Source: Cladosporium halotolerans (lineage: Eukaryota). From it: DNA of 64,000 nt. How positions within the stretch are numbered: the stretch's first letter is position 1; each line of letters opens with the position of its first letter. The translations under genes were made by a program, and so were the position numbers. Shown piece by piece: positions 35,401-46,255 of this stretch. Below the pieces are notes generated by a model. That model worked only from the letters and a program-made list of their open reading frames with translations. It did not search any database and was not told the origin of the DNA. The DNA lies in NCBI RefSeq assembly GCF_011745625.1, contig NW_027191452.1, positions 310,001-374,000 on the forward strand, in the 5' to 3' direction.

Positions 35401-38400
35401 GGATGAAGGCGAATGTAACGTCATGCTCGAGACTCGCCTTGACAAGGTATACGAGAAGATCGACATCACGCTGCTCAACCGCCTTCTGCGACTCATCATG
35501 GACCACAACTTGGCGGACTACATTTCGTCGAAAAACAATGTGCAACTGAACTACAAGGACATGAACCACACGAACGCATACGGCATGATCCGCGGTCTTC
35601 AGTTTTCGGCATTCGTCTTCCAATACTACGGTCTCATTATTGACCTCTTGCTGCTTGGCCTTCAGCGCGCCAGTGAGATTGCTGGCCCACCCAATGCGCC
35701 AAACGACTTCCTGCAGTTCCGCGACCGCGCGACTGAGAGCCGACACCCCATTCGTCTCTACACTCGCTACATCGACAAGATCTGGATCTTCTTCCGTTTC
35801 GAAGCTGATGACTCACGCGATCTCATCCAGCGTTTCTTGACCGAGCAGCCGGATCCCAATTTCGAGAACGTCATCGGATATAAGAATAAGAAGTGTTGGC
35901 CACGTGACTCACGGATGAGGCTCATGAGACACGATGTCAACCTTGGACGTGCTGTCTTCTGGGACATGAAGAACCGCTTGCCGCGCAGCATGACCACCAT
36001 CGAGTGGGACGACACGTTCGCTTCGGTCTACTCTAGGGACAATCCGAACTTGCTCTTCGCTATGAACGGTTTCGAAGTTCGCATTCTGCCCAAGTGCAGG
36101 AACTTGAACGATGAGTTTCAGGTCAAGGACTCCGTTTGGGCTTTGGTCGACAACCAGACCAAGGAACGCACAGCGCACGCTTTCTTGCAGGTCACCGAAG
36201 AGGACATTGCCAAGTTCAACAACAGGATCAGGCAGATCCTCATGTCTTCCGGTAGCACTACCTTTACCAAGATCGCGAACAAGTGGAACACTACGCTCAT
36301 TGCACTCTTCACTTACTATCGCGAAGCCGCCGTTGCCACAGTCGACCTCCTGGATACTATTGTCAAGTGTGAGACCAAGATTCAGACCCGTGTCAAGATT
36401 GGTTTGAACAGCAAGATGCCGTCTCGTTTCCCCCCGGCCGTATTCTACACGCCCAAGGAGTTGGGTGGTCTCGGAATGATTTCCGGCTCTCACATCCTCA
36501 TCCCAACCAGCGACAAGCGCTGGAGCAAGCAGACCGACGCTGGCGTTACACACTACCGTGCTGGTATGAACCATGACGAGGAGACTCTCATCCCCAACAT
36601 CTTCCGGTACATCATCCCTTGGGAGGCCGAGTTCATCGACTCTCAGCGCGTGTGGACCGAGTACAGTCAGAAGCGTATGGAGGCCAACCAGCAGAACCGC
36701 CGCCTGACTCTTGAAGATCTGGAAGACTCGTGGGACCGTGGTCTGCCCAGAATCAACACTTTGTTCCAGAAGGATCGATCCACCCTTTCTTTCGACAAGG
36801 GATTTAGGGCCAGAACCGAGTTCAAGGTCTATCAACACCAGAAATCGAATCCCTTCTGGTGGACAAGTCAACGTCACGACGGCAAATTGTGGAATCTGAA
36901 CGCCTACCGCACCGATGTAATTCAAGCGCTTGGTGGTGTCGAGACAATCCTCGAACACACGCTTTTCAAAGCCACAGCATTCCCATCTTGGGAGGGTCTT
37001 TTCTGGGAGAAGGTAAGCACATCTCTTTGGCAGAGCATCTCCGCGCTCTTGTGCTGCTATCAGACATGCTAACACACTCACAGGCATCCGGTTTCGAGGA
37101 GAGCATGAAATTCAAGAAGTTGACGAACGCGCAACGTTCCGGTTTGAATCAAATCCCGAACAGAAGATTCACACTTTGGTGGTCACCTACGATCAACAGA
37201 GCCAACGTTTACGTTGGTTTCCAGGTGCAGCTTGATCTCACTGGCATCTTCCTCCACGGCAAAATTCCCACTTTAAAGATCTCGTTGATTCAGATTTTCC
37301 GAGCTCACTTGTGGCAGAAGATCCATGAGTCGGTGGTCATGGATCTCTGTCAAGTGTTTGACCAGGAGCTTGAGGCTTTGGGCATCGAGACTGTTCAGAA
37401 GGAGACGATTCATCCTCGCAAGAGTTACAAGATGAATTCTTCCTGCGCCGATATCCTGCTCTTTGCCAGCCACAAGTGGTCTGTCAGCTCTCCTAGCTTG
37501 CTCTATGACACCAAGGACAACATGACCGCTACCACCACCAACAAGTTCTGGATTGATGTGCAGCTTCGTTACGGCGATTACGACTCTCACGACATCGAGA
37601 GGTATGTTCGTGCGAAGTACCTCGACTACACCACCGATTCCATGAGCATCTATCCATCCGCCACTGGTCTCATGATCGCGGTTGACCTGGCGTACAACCT
37701 TTACTCTGCCTACGGCCAATACTTCCCCGGTCTGAAACAGCTTGTCCAGCAAGCGATGGCCAAGGTCATGAAGGCTAACCCTGCGCTTTACGTGCTGCGT
37801 GAGCGTATTCGCAAGGGTCTGCAGCTGTACGCATCTGAGAGCAACCAGGAGTTCCTAAACTCTCAGAACTATTCCGAGCTGTTCAGCAACCAAGTCCAGC
37901 TTTTCATCGATGACACCAACGTCTACCGTGTCACTATTCACAAGACATTCGAGGGTAACTTGACGACCAAGCCCATCAACGGTGCCATCTTCATCTTCAA
38001 CCCCAGAACAGGCCAGCTTTTCTTGAAGATCATCCACACGTCCGTTTGGGCTGGTCAAAAGCGTCTTGGACAGCTAGCGAAATGGAAGACTGCGGAAGAA
38101 GTTGCTGCATTGATTCGCTCTTTGCCTGTTGAAGAGCAACCGAAGCAGCTCATTGTCACACGCAAAGGTTTGCTCGACCCGCTTGAAGTGCACCTTCTTG
38201 ACTTCCCCAACATCAGCATTCGCGCGTCTGAGCTTCAACTGCCGTTCCAGGCTGCCATGAAGGTCGAGAAGCTGGGTGACATGATCCTTCGTGCTACCGA
38301 GCCGCAGATGGTGCTTTTCAACCTCTACGATGAGTGGCTGAAGAGCATCTCTTCGTACACAGCATTCTCGCGTCTTATCTTGATTCTGAGAGCCTTGCAC

Positions 38401-39588
38401 GTGAATCAGGACAAAACAAAGCTGCTCTTGCGCCCTGACAAGACGGTGATCACTCAGGAGCACCACATCTGGCCTTCGCTCAACGACGACGACTGGGTGA
38501 AGGTGGAAGTGCAGTTGCGTGATCTGATCCTGAACGACTATGGCAAGAAGAACAATGTCAACACCTCTTCGCTTACCAACTCTGAAATCAGAGACATCAT
38601 TCTCGGTATGGAGATCAGCGCTCCCTCCATGCAGAGACAGCAAGCCGCAGAGATCGAGAAGCAGCAAGAGGAAGCTCAACAGCTCACAGCCGTGACTACC
38701 AAGACCCAGAACATCCACGGTGAAGACATGGTAGTGACCACGACCAGTCAGTACGAGCAGGCGAGCTTCGCGTCCAAGACCGAATGGCGCACCAGGGCCA
38801 TTGCGACTGGAAACTTGCGCGTCCGCGCCAACAACATCTACATCTCGAGCGAGGACATCCGCGACGACGAGGAGCACTTCACCTACATCATGCCGAAGAA
38901 CATCCTCAAGCGCTTCATCACCATCTCCGATCTCCGCGTGCAGGTCGCCGGCTACATCTACGGCTCCAGCCCCAAGGACAACAAGCAGGTCAAGGAGATC
39001 AAGTGCATCGTCATGGTGCCGCAAGTTGGCAGCACGCGCGACGTCAACCTGCCACAGAGGCTCCCCGAGCACGAGATGCTGGAAGGTCTGGAGCCGCTCG
39101 GCGTCATCCACACCGCCTCCGGCAACGAGCCGCGCTTCATGAGCGCCCAGGACGTGACGCAGCACGCCCGCCTCATGCGCCAGCACGACTCCTGGGACCG
39201 CAAAACCGTCACCATGAGCGTCAACTTCACCCCGGGCTCCGTCTCGCTGAGCGCCTGGTCGCTCACGCCCCAGGGCTACCAGTGGGGCGCGGAGAACAAG
39301 GACCTCTCGTCCGAGCAGCCCGCGGGCTTCTCGCCGAACTCCGCCTTCGGCGAGAAGTGCCAGCTGCTGCTTTCCGACAAGATCCGCGGGTTCTTTTTGG
39401 TGCCTGAGGATGAGCGCTGGAACTGGAGTTTCTTGGGCTCCGGCTTTGGCGAGAGGGAGAAGGGCAGGGTGTACGTCGGCGTCGGTGTGCCCAAGCGTTT
39501 CTACGATGATGTGCACAGGCCGATTCACTTCCAGAGCTTTGCGGAGCTCGAGGACGTTTGGGTCGACAGGAGCGACAATTTGGCCTAA
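32402..39588 (+). CDS. PRP8: Pre-mRNA splicing factor Prp8, no intein; exons 32402-37012, 37084-39588
   Basis: Characteristic sequence throughout ([45 protein letters not shown]-terminal Jab1/MPN-like domain); one 71-nt GTAAGC..CTAAC..CAG intron. Confidence 0.97.
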
Positions 39589-39905
39589 GCGGTCGGTTGT
39601 GGACAAGGGTTGGGCAGGACGAGTGCACGAGGTCGGTTGCATGTCAATGGCGTTTGAAGTGGACAACAATTCGGAAAAGACACATTTCAAGGCGTTTGGG
39701 AGCGAGTGTTAGGGGGCTTGAAACTTTTTGTATAGCTTATCCGTAGTAGTGTTACAGTTGTATGATACCATCGAAGCACACGCCTTCGACTAGAAAAGTT
39801 TCGATCAACGACTGCGGTTCTGGTGCCATGGTATGCAGTGAAGAATATCGTTTCAATAGGGCGAAGGCATGCTCGGTTTCAGTGCCCTTGTCTACTGAAG
39901 AGGCT

Positions 39906-40211
39906 TCATCGTCCATCAGTCTTAGAAGATATGACCAGGCGCTCGAGAAGCTTCGGGTCGAGCAACGGAGATGGAACCTTCGACGAGTCGAATGCTATGG
40001 CTGGCTTGAAGTCAGTATTGAGCCGTAGTAAAGACATGCGATGAAATCGATCGAACGTACGTTTCTGGGCCTTTTCTTTCAGGTTCCTGATCTCGAAGTC
40101 AAGGGTGTTGCTCCTGTGCACTTTGCTTTCCGTGTATGATGAAGATGCGCCCGCCTTAGGCGGCAGGAGCGGTCGTTTGCCTTTGGAGGATTCTGCCGCC
40201 GTCGACGCCAT
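39906..40211 (-). CDS. Small hypothetical protein (~80 aa after splicing of a probable intron at 40060-40001)
   Basis: ATG ORF containing an in-frame 60-nt GTACGT..TACTGAC..CAG intron; divergent from the NDUFAF3-like gene. Confidence 0.5.
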   Translation of the reverse strand: MASTAAESSKGKRPLLPPKAGASSSYTESKVHRSNTLDFEIRNLKEKAQKRTFDRFHRMSLLRLNTDFKPAIAFDSSKVPSPLLDPKLLERLVISSKTDGR

Positions 40212-40512
40212 CGGCGCCTGAACTAGGCTTTGAATTACTGAGTTCTGGGGAGGGATTGCATTTCGGTGCTACAGATTGTGTGTTGATGTTCGAACGCGGG
40301 CCCGTAGTGGCTGTAGGTTTGTGGTGTGGCGCTTGAATGCGGCTCTGCGCGAAAGCCGACGCCGATCAGCTTGCGGCCGCGCATGACGTTTGGGACTTGG
40401 GCACTTTTTGGAGCTCACTGCTGGGGACAGACATTCGCTTTCACTGATCACGGCGAAATCAAACAAACTATCATCGCGAAGAACAGGAATCACGCACAGA
40501 TTCGGAGTCAAG

Positions 40513-41259
40513 ATGAACACAATCACCACCTCAATGCCGCGCCTAGCGACCCGCGCGCTCAAACAAACCACACCCTGCCGGCGATGCATCCACATGACCC
40601 TCTCACAGCGAAACCAACCCACGAAACCCTCACCCACCAACCCCCAACACCCCACGTCTCGACACCTCCACGCCACCGCCCGCCCCCTCGCCGCCCCCAA
40701 GAGCAAAGACCGCGGCCCGCCCAGCAAAGAAGACACGCAGACCGACTTCAACGCCCTCGACGTCCTCGCCAACACCCCTCCCCCCACGACGGCCGTTGAC
40801 GTCTGCCTGGCGGACGGCTTCGCGCTCAACAGCGGGCTGCGCATCACGGGCGCCGGCGCGCTGCTCGTCGGCGGCGAAGCCTTCAAGTGGCGGCCGTGGG
40901 TGCGCGCGGGGCGCAAGGAGGGAACACTGGGTGCGGGCGCCGCGGGCGACGACGACAAGGGCGTCGCGAGCCCCGGCGGGAAGCTGCTGAACGCGAAGGG
41001 GCAGTGGGAGTGTGATCGGATGGCGTGGGGCGCGCTGGAGGTCGTGTGGCCGAAGCCGGATCTGTTGATCTTGGGCACGGGGCCGGGCATTGCGCCGCTG
41101 AGTCCGGCGACGAGGAGGGATTTGACGGAGCTGGGGGTTAGGGTGGAGGTGCAGGATACGAGGAATGCGGCGGCGCAGTATAATATGCTGGCGACGGAGA
41201 GGGGGTTGCAGCAGGTTGCTGCGGCGCTTGTGCCGCTTGGGTGGAAGGAGGGTTCGTGA
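40513..41259 (+). CDS. NDUFAF3 / Mth938-domain complex I assembly factor-like protein
   Basis: Arg/Thr-rich mitochondrial-type presequence; PKPDLLILGTG, GVRVEVQDTRNAAAQYNMLATER, VAAALVP. Confidence 0.88.
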   Translation: MNTITTSMPRLATRALKQTTPCRRCIHMTLSQRNQPTKPSPTNPQHPTSRHLHATARPLAAPKSKDRGPPSKEDTQTDFNALDVLANTPPPTTAVDVCLADGFALNSGLRITGAGALLVGGEAFKWRPWVRAGRKEGTLGAGAAGDDDKGVASPGGKLLNAKGQWECDRMAWGALEVVWPKPDLLILGTGPGIAPLSPATRRDLTELGVRVEVQDTRNAAAQYNMLATERGLQQVAAALVPLGWKEGS

Positions 41260-42786
41260 GGTCTGAGAGGGAGATACTTGGGAATTGCAATCAAATTGGA
41301 TATGTTTGGGGGTCCTCAAGGGATAATGTGTACAATATGTGTATATACTAGCATTTGGGCAGTGCTCTGCTCGACAACATCGGACGTCGTACAATGAGCT
41401 TCGAGTGCTGCCTCAGGCATGGGTCGTCCCGCTTGTGCTACAGGACGCCTCAAACCGCAACGACTTCGTCCGCGAACGTTCACACTTCACACCTCTCGAG
41501 CAGACATCAGTCACATGCCCACCACACCGCTGCTGACCTTTCAGAAGGATGAAATGGATGACGACGACAGATGGCTGAACTGCTGATCCTGCCTGCGGCT
41601 TCGCCGGGTCCCTGGAAGATCTTGTTCCCATACAGACGCGCTGATGTGTGTCAATCTTGGACGATGGGATTCGGTCAGACGAAGGTCACGATCCTGCATC
41701 ACCCCATGTCGACGGCGTAGGCGACTCCAGCCTGATCAGCAGCGTCGCGAAGAGTCTCCGAGGGCTAGGCCGGAGGATCGGCGCTGCTATCCGGATGCAG
41801 TCGCTGCAAGCTGCCTTGGCTCATGCAAGAGCGCGATTCGCCTGCTCGTGCTGCCCATGCGGGCGCCATGCCCCGAGAGAACAGCGACTGCCTCTGGCAC
41901 GTAAGCAGCGGATGCGCCGCTCGAACTCTGGCGAATGTCACTGGGGGCCAGGGTGATGCCGAAGCTCACGGCGGTGGAGGAGGGGCCCCAGCTCACTCCA
42001 CGCAGGCGCAGGAGGACGTCACGGTGCCGCAACCTAGAGTGCTCGCCGTCATGCTGCGGTCCATGGCACGGCAAACGAGCGCGCGCGAGGGCTGCTGCTC
42101 GACAGGCGCAGGCGGGACACTCCGGGCGCTCAGCACATGCGTCCCAGCGTCGACTGCGCGTGGGCTGGTGTGCTGCCAGTCACGCGGGCGGTCGTGCGCG
42201 GTGCGACGGCGGACGTGCAGCAGGGCCGCACCTTCATCTCGCGCGCAACGCGGCGGCGGGCGAATGAACGGCTATACCGCGCAGCATCCTGGGCGTGCCA
42301 TGTCTGCGCGCGCGCGCCGACCGCCAGCCCTCCGGCGCGTGCAGCTCGCAGCCCTCCACTGCCCGCCTCACCATCCGCTTCCAGCCTGGCGGCGGGCCGC
42401 GCAGGCCACTGGCCGCCGCTACCCCGCACCACCTCCACGTCTCGCTCGTCTGCCGCCGTCGGCCGACAGTCTGCGGCGTCCAGGGCCTGCCTGACCACTG
42501 GCCACCGACCACTGACCGCTGCCAGTGACCATCTGCTGCCCGCCTGCTGCCCGCCTGCTGCCCGCCCGCCCATCTCCAGGCTTGCCTGCGCGCTGCCAGA
42601 TGTCAGCTCGCGCGCGCTTGCGGTGTGCGTGTGGCCGTCGCTCGAGGCCTCCCAGGCCGCTCGCACGGCGCAGGAACACGGCTTATCACCTATCTGCTCT
42701 GAGGTCTGCCCTGCCCGCGCGACCACTCTCGCTCGCCCCTCCGCCACCGTCCTGTGCAGCAGCTGGTGCTCGCGCTCACTGCTACC

Positions 42787-42787
42787 G

Positions 42788-42818
<31 letters not shown>
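42787..42818 (+). repeat. (GCCT)8 microsatellite
   Basis: Read directly. Confidence 0.9.
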
Positions 42819-42819
<1 letters not shown>

Positions 42820-43311
42820 CGCGCGGCCACGGCTGCAGTCAGCGCCCCCAGCGCGTTGGCACATGCCTCGACACACCCCCTCTGCCCCCTCCCTCCTGTA
42901 CACGCGCAGCGCAACAACACTCGCCCGCTGCCCGCTCCGTCATCATCCCTCTCCGCACCCGCAAAGCTTGTCTGCACCAGGCTCGTAGCTGCCCTCTTTC
43001 CCGGCGCCCGTCAAGAGGACACCGGACTGCGAAAACCCTTCACCTGCTTGCCCGTCGTCTACACCTGCCCGCGCGCGCCTGTCGTCTGTCGTCTGTCGCC
43101 CCCTCGTCAACCTATCTGCTTGCCTGTAAATACTTCTACGCATGGCCTAGCCCGCGCTTGCGTCGCGGCTGGCTGTCACTGTAGATGACTTCCGCTCCAA
43201 CCTGCCACGAGAGCCATGCATACATTACCGTCCCGAGTCAGCAAATCGTCGACAGAGGAAACGTAGCTACCTAGACTGCTCCCGACCCACTTCCGAGCAA
43301 GCGTCGCTACT

Positions 43312-45199
43312 ATGTCGTACGTCTCCCATTGGCGCTACCTCCCAGACATCTCTCGCTTCTATACAGCCTGTGCCTCTCCATCCATAGCTTCCGGTGTACC
43401 GCGAACCAGCCAAGTCGCGCCTCGAAGGGCCCAACCTTCTTACTGACCACACCTGCTTCTATCTACAGCAATCCTTTACAAAACCAAAAGCGCAACCTGA
43501 AGCCCACAGTCTCCGCCGGCGCATACTCAGCCTCACCCTCACAACTCACCCTTGGCACAGACCAACTGCCCTCGACAGCACTAGGCCAAAACCCATACCA
43601 AGCCTACGGCTATCCTCACGATCCGAACAACCCCTTCGCCTTCCCTCCGCCGCCCCAATACCGCCATCCTCAGATCCCGCAACAACAACAGCTCAAAACA
43701 GACTACACCCCGCAACAACTCCAGCAACCCGGCCACCTCCCCTCTCCAATCAATCCACGCAAACGGCGCGCCTCGGAACTCAACGAGCCCTCCCTGCCCG
43801 GATCGTCCAGCAGCAACGCCAGCGCATTCGGCGTCGGCAACCCTCACGGCCCCTTCTCCGGAGGCGCGACTGACGTCGAGCTGGGCCTTGCGCCGGTGCA
43901 GCACACGCTCCCCAGCCCGGCGCCGAAGAAGGGACGCACGAACACGCCATGGACGCCGGCCGAGGAGCAGCGGCTGAAGACGCTGCGCGATGCCGGCAGC
44001 AGCTGGAGCGAGATTGCCAAGACGTTCCCTTTGCGCACCGAAGGGAGTGTGAAGAAGCATTGGTATAAGGTGCGTGCTGTATTCCTTGGGTCACGTGCGT
44101 TGCTTTTGGAGGTCTTGAAAGGGCTCTTTCTTCGATGCTGGAATGTTGCGTGTGCCTGTCGTCTTGCTTGGTTTCCATTTTTTTTTCTTGTTTCCACGGC
44201 CTTTTCTTTTTCTTTTTTTTTTTTGAGACGATCGAAATACGTACTTACTATACTGACCCTCGTGGTCGGAACAGGACATGCACTACGCCGAATTCGCGGA
44301 AGACGAGGTCAGCAATTTCGTCCGCCTCACGCACCCCGACTTCAACCGCGAGAACGCATCCGCTGACCGGTCGAGCAGAGCGCGGCGCTGCTGCAGGCGA
44401 TCAAAGACTACGAGAACAACAAGTGGAAGGTCATCGGGCAGAAAGTCGGCAAGCCCGCCAAGGTAAGTCTCGTCGCTTTTTCTTGCCTCTCCTTTCTCTT
44501 GCTTCTCTGTTTTGTCAAAGGGCCCTGCAATTAGCATCCTGGCTCTATATCGCCCAACCCCCCGGACAGGACAGGACAGGACAGGACAGGCATTCTGCCG
44601 CGGAGCCATCAATAGACAGCACCTACCGGTCTCTAGCCACCGACGGCGCGCGCCACCGCTCGGCAAGCCAACCCTCATGACGCACGCCAGCTTCCTACGC
44701 GCCTATACGCCTGTATAACGTCAAACCCGGCCATCGCGCGGCCCGGCTTCGACAGCCAGCACGCCTCCAGTCCGACGCTAGCCCTACAACTTGCCCTATC
44801 CGTTAGCAACGGCGAGCGCGACCGACTCCGAACGAACAGCGACGCCGTCGCCCGCATAAGCGCAAGCGCAATCTCAGGACCCGGCCAATGTGCGTGGCGG
44901 CCGCGTGCGAGCAGCAGCGACCAGGTCTTCGCTTGATCGGGTCTTCGCTTGATCGTGTCTTCGCGCGGCGTCTTCCGACCTTCGCATTTCCGGAGTGGAG
45001 CCCTCGTTATAGCCGGTTTTACCCTCGAGACATGACAACGCACGGCGGCGGGACGCAAGCGCCGGATCGCGATCGCTGGACGACACCTCTCTCTTTCCTG
45101 TCTTTGTCATAGTAATCGCCTGGCTGACATCTTCTCTTCTTTCCCCCCCTGCAACAGGCCTGCGAGCAGTTTGCCAAAGAGCAGGGGTGGAAGGTCTAG
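43312..45199 (+). CDS. Myb-domain transcription factor A; exons 43312-43316, 43469-44069, 44275-44307, 44379-44462, 45158-45199
   Basis: Spliced domain WTPAEEQRLKTLRDAGSSWSEIAKTFPLRTEGSVKKHWYK|DMHYAEFAEDE|SAALLQAIKDYENNKWKVIGQKVGKPAK|ACEQFAKEQGWKV; all introns GT-AG with CTGAC branch sites. Confidence 0.88.
44564..44590 (+). repeat. (GGACA)5 pentanucleotide repeat in the last intron of Myb A
   Basis: Read directly. Confidence 0.85.
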
Positions 45200-46236
45200 A
45201 TCCTTCCGCTCCCTTCGACCGAGCGACCCCTTTCTTGGGGCTGCTGTCTGCCGCGTGGAAGGACGACGCGTTGTCGTCGACGACGACGAATGGGAGAGGC
45301 GCGGAGGAGAAAGACATGGTGTGCTCGACGGGCGTTTCTGGGCTACTCGGGATTTCTTTCATTGGTGTGGCGAAGCGAGGTTCACCAGAGCTCTAACAGC
45401 GAGACACGAAAGGAGAATTGCTCTTTTTTCTTTTCTTTTTCGCCCGAGATTTTGATTTGCTGTTGCTGGAAGAAGGGGAGAGGCTGTTTTTCTTCCTCGC
45501 CCTTTACCTTACCTTTACTTGTGGATTCGGAGTTTTTCTTTTAGGCTGGGCGAACTTTTCGTTTGGTTCACGTCTCCTTTTCGAGGGCGAGAGGCAGCCT
45601 GTCGCGGTAGCGTATCAGGTACCAGGCGTAGTGAAGTGTTTCCCTGGATCCCTGGAGTCACCCACAACGGATTGGTCTGCGGTCCCTTCGTGCGAAATGA
45701 TAATGGCCGTTTCGAGAGACGAGACTTCGTCCCGTCGTGGAGCGGCGTCGGGGGATATTTCCGACGAGGTCGCTAGACGTACCGTCTCGTTGCTCTTTGG
45801 GCAATATACTCAACCCACCAACAGTAGCCAACCAACAAGTGCATCCTTCGTGGGCTATCTCGACGGAATCGCTGCGGAATCGTCGCGGTAGCGATTTCAC
45901 CGCCCTTTCGCCCTGCAGCTGCGAGGAGGTCAGCAGGGCGACGGAGCTCGCCATTCGACACCGCGCTTTGATTGACAGGCGTGCGAGTATGTCATGGAGT
46001 CGTCAGTCGGACAAATAGAGCGGGCGCCGGCGCGGACGCGGACTGGAAACCGCCGGCGTGCAACGCGCCTACGCGGGCTTTGACGTTGAAAGCGTGGTGG
46101 TTTTCTTGGAGGGATGGAATGGGAAAAGCCCTGGGCAGGATCGGGAAAGCGCATGGCTTGTTTCTGTGTGGCGCGCGCGCGAGAGGGCGCAGCCCGCTTG
46201 ATGATCGTCGGCCGCCCGCCCGTGTTGCATGGCAGA

Positions 46237-46255
46237 CGCGCGCGCGCGCGCGCGC
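46237..46255. repeat. 19-nt alternating (CG)n tract
   Basis: Read directly. Confidence 0.9.

Noticed and set aside
36859..37083. Intein or programmed frameshift explaining the PRP8 ORF break
   Set aside because: Fully explained by a canonical 71-nt spliceosomal intron; no intein motifs.
34109..39690. Long antisense ORFs (394, 392 and 538 aa) opposite PRP8, and similar ones opposite other genes
   Set aside because: Shadow ORFs caused by C/G-ending codon bias of the sense gene.
44888..45112. ACEQ-encoding ORF inside the long Myb A intron as an alternative last exon
   Set aside because: No AG acceptor or branch site in front of it; likely coincidence.
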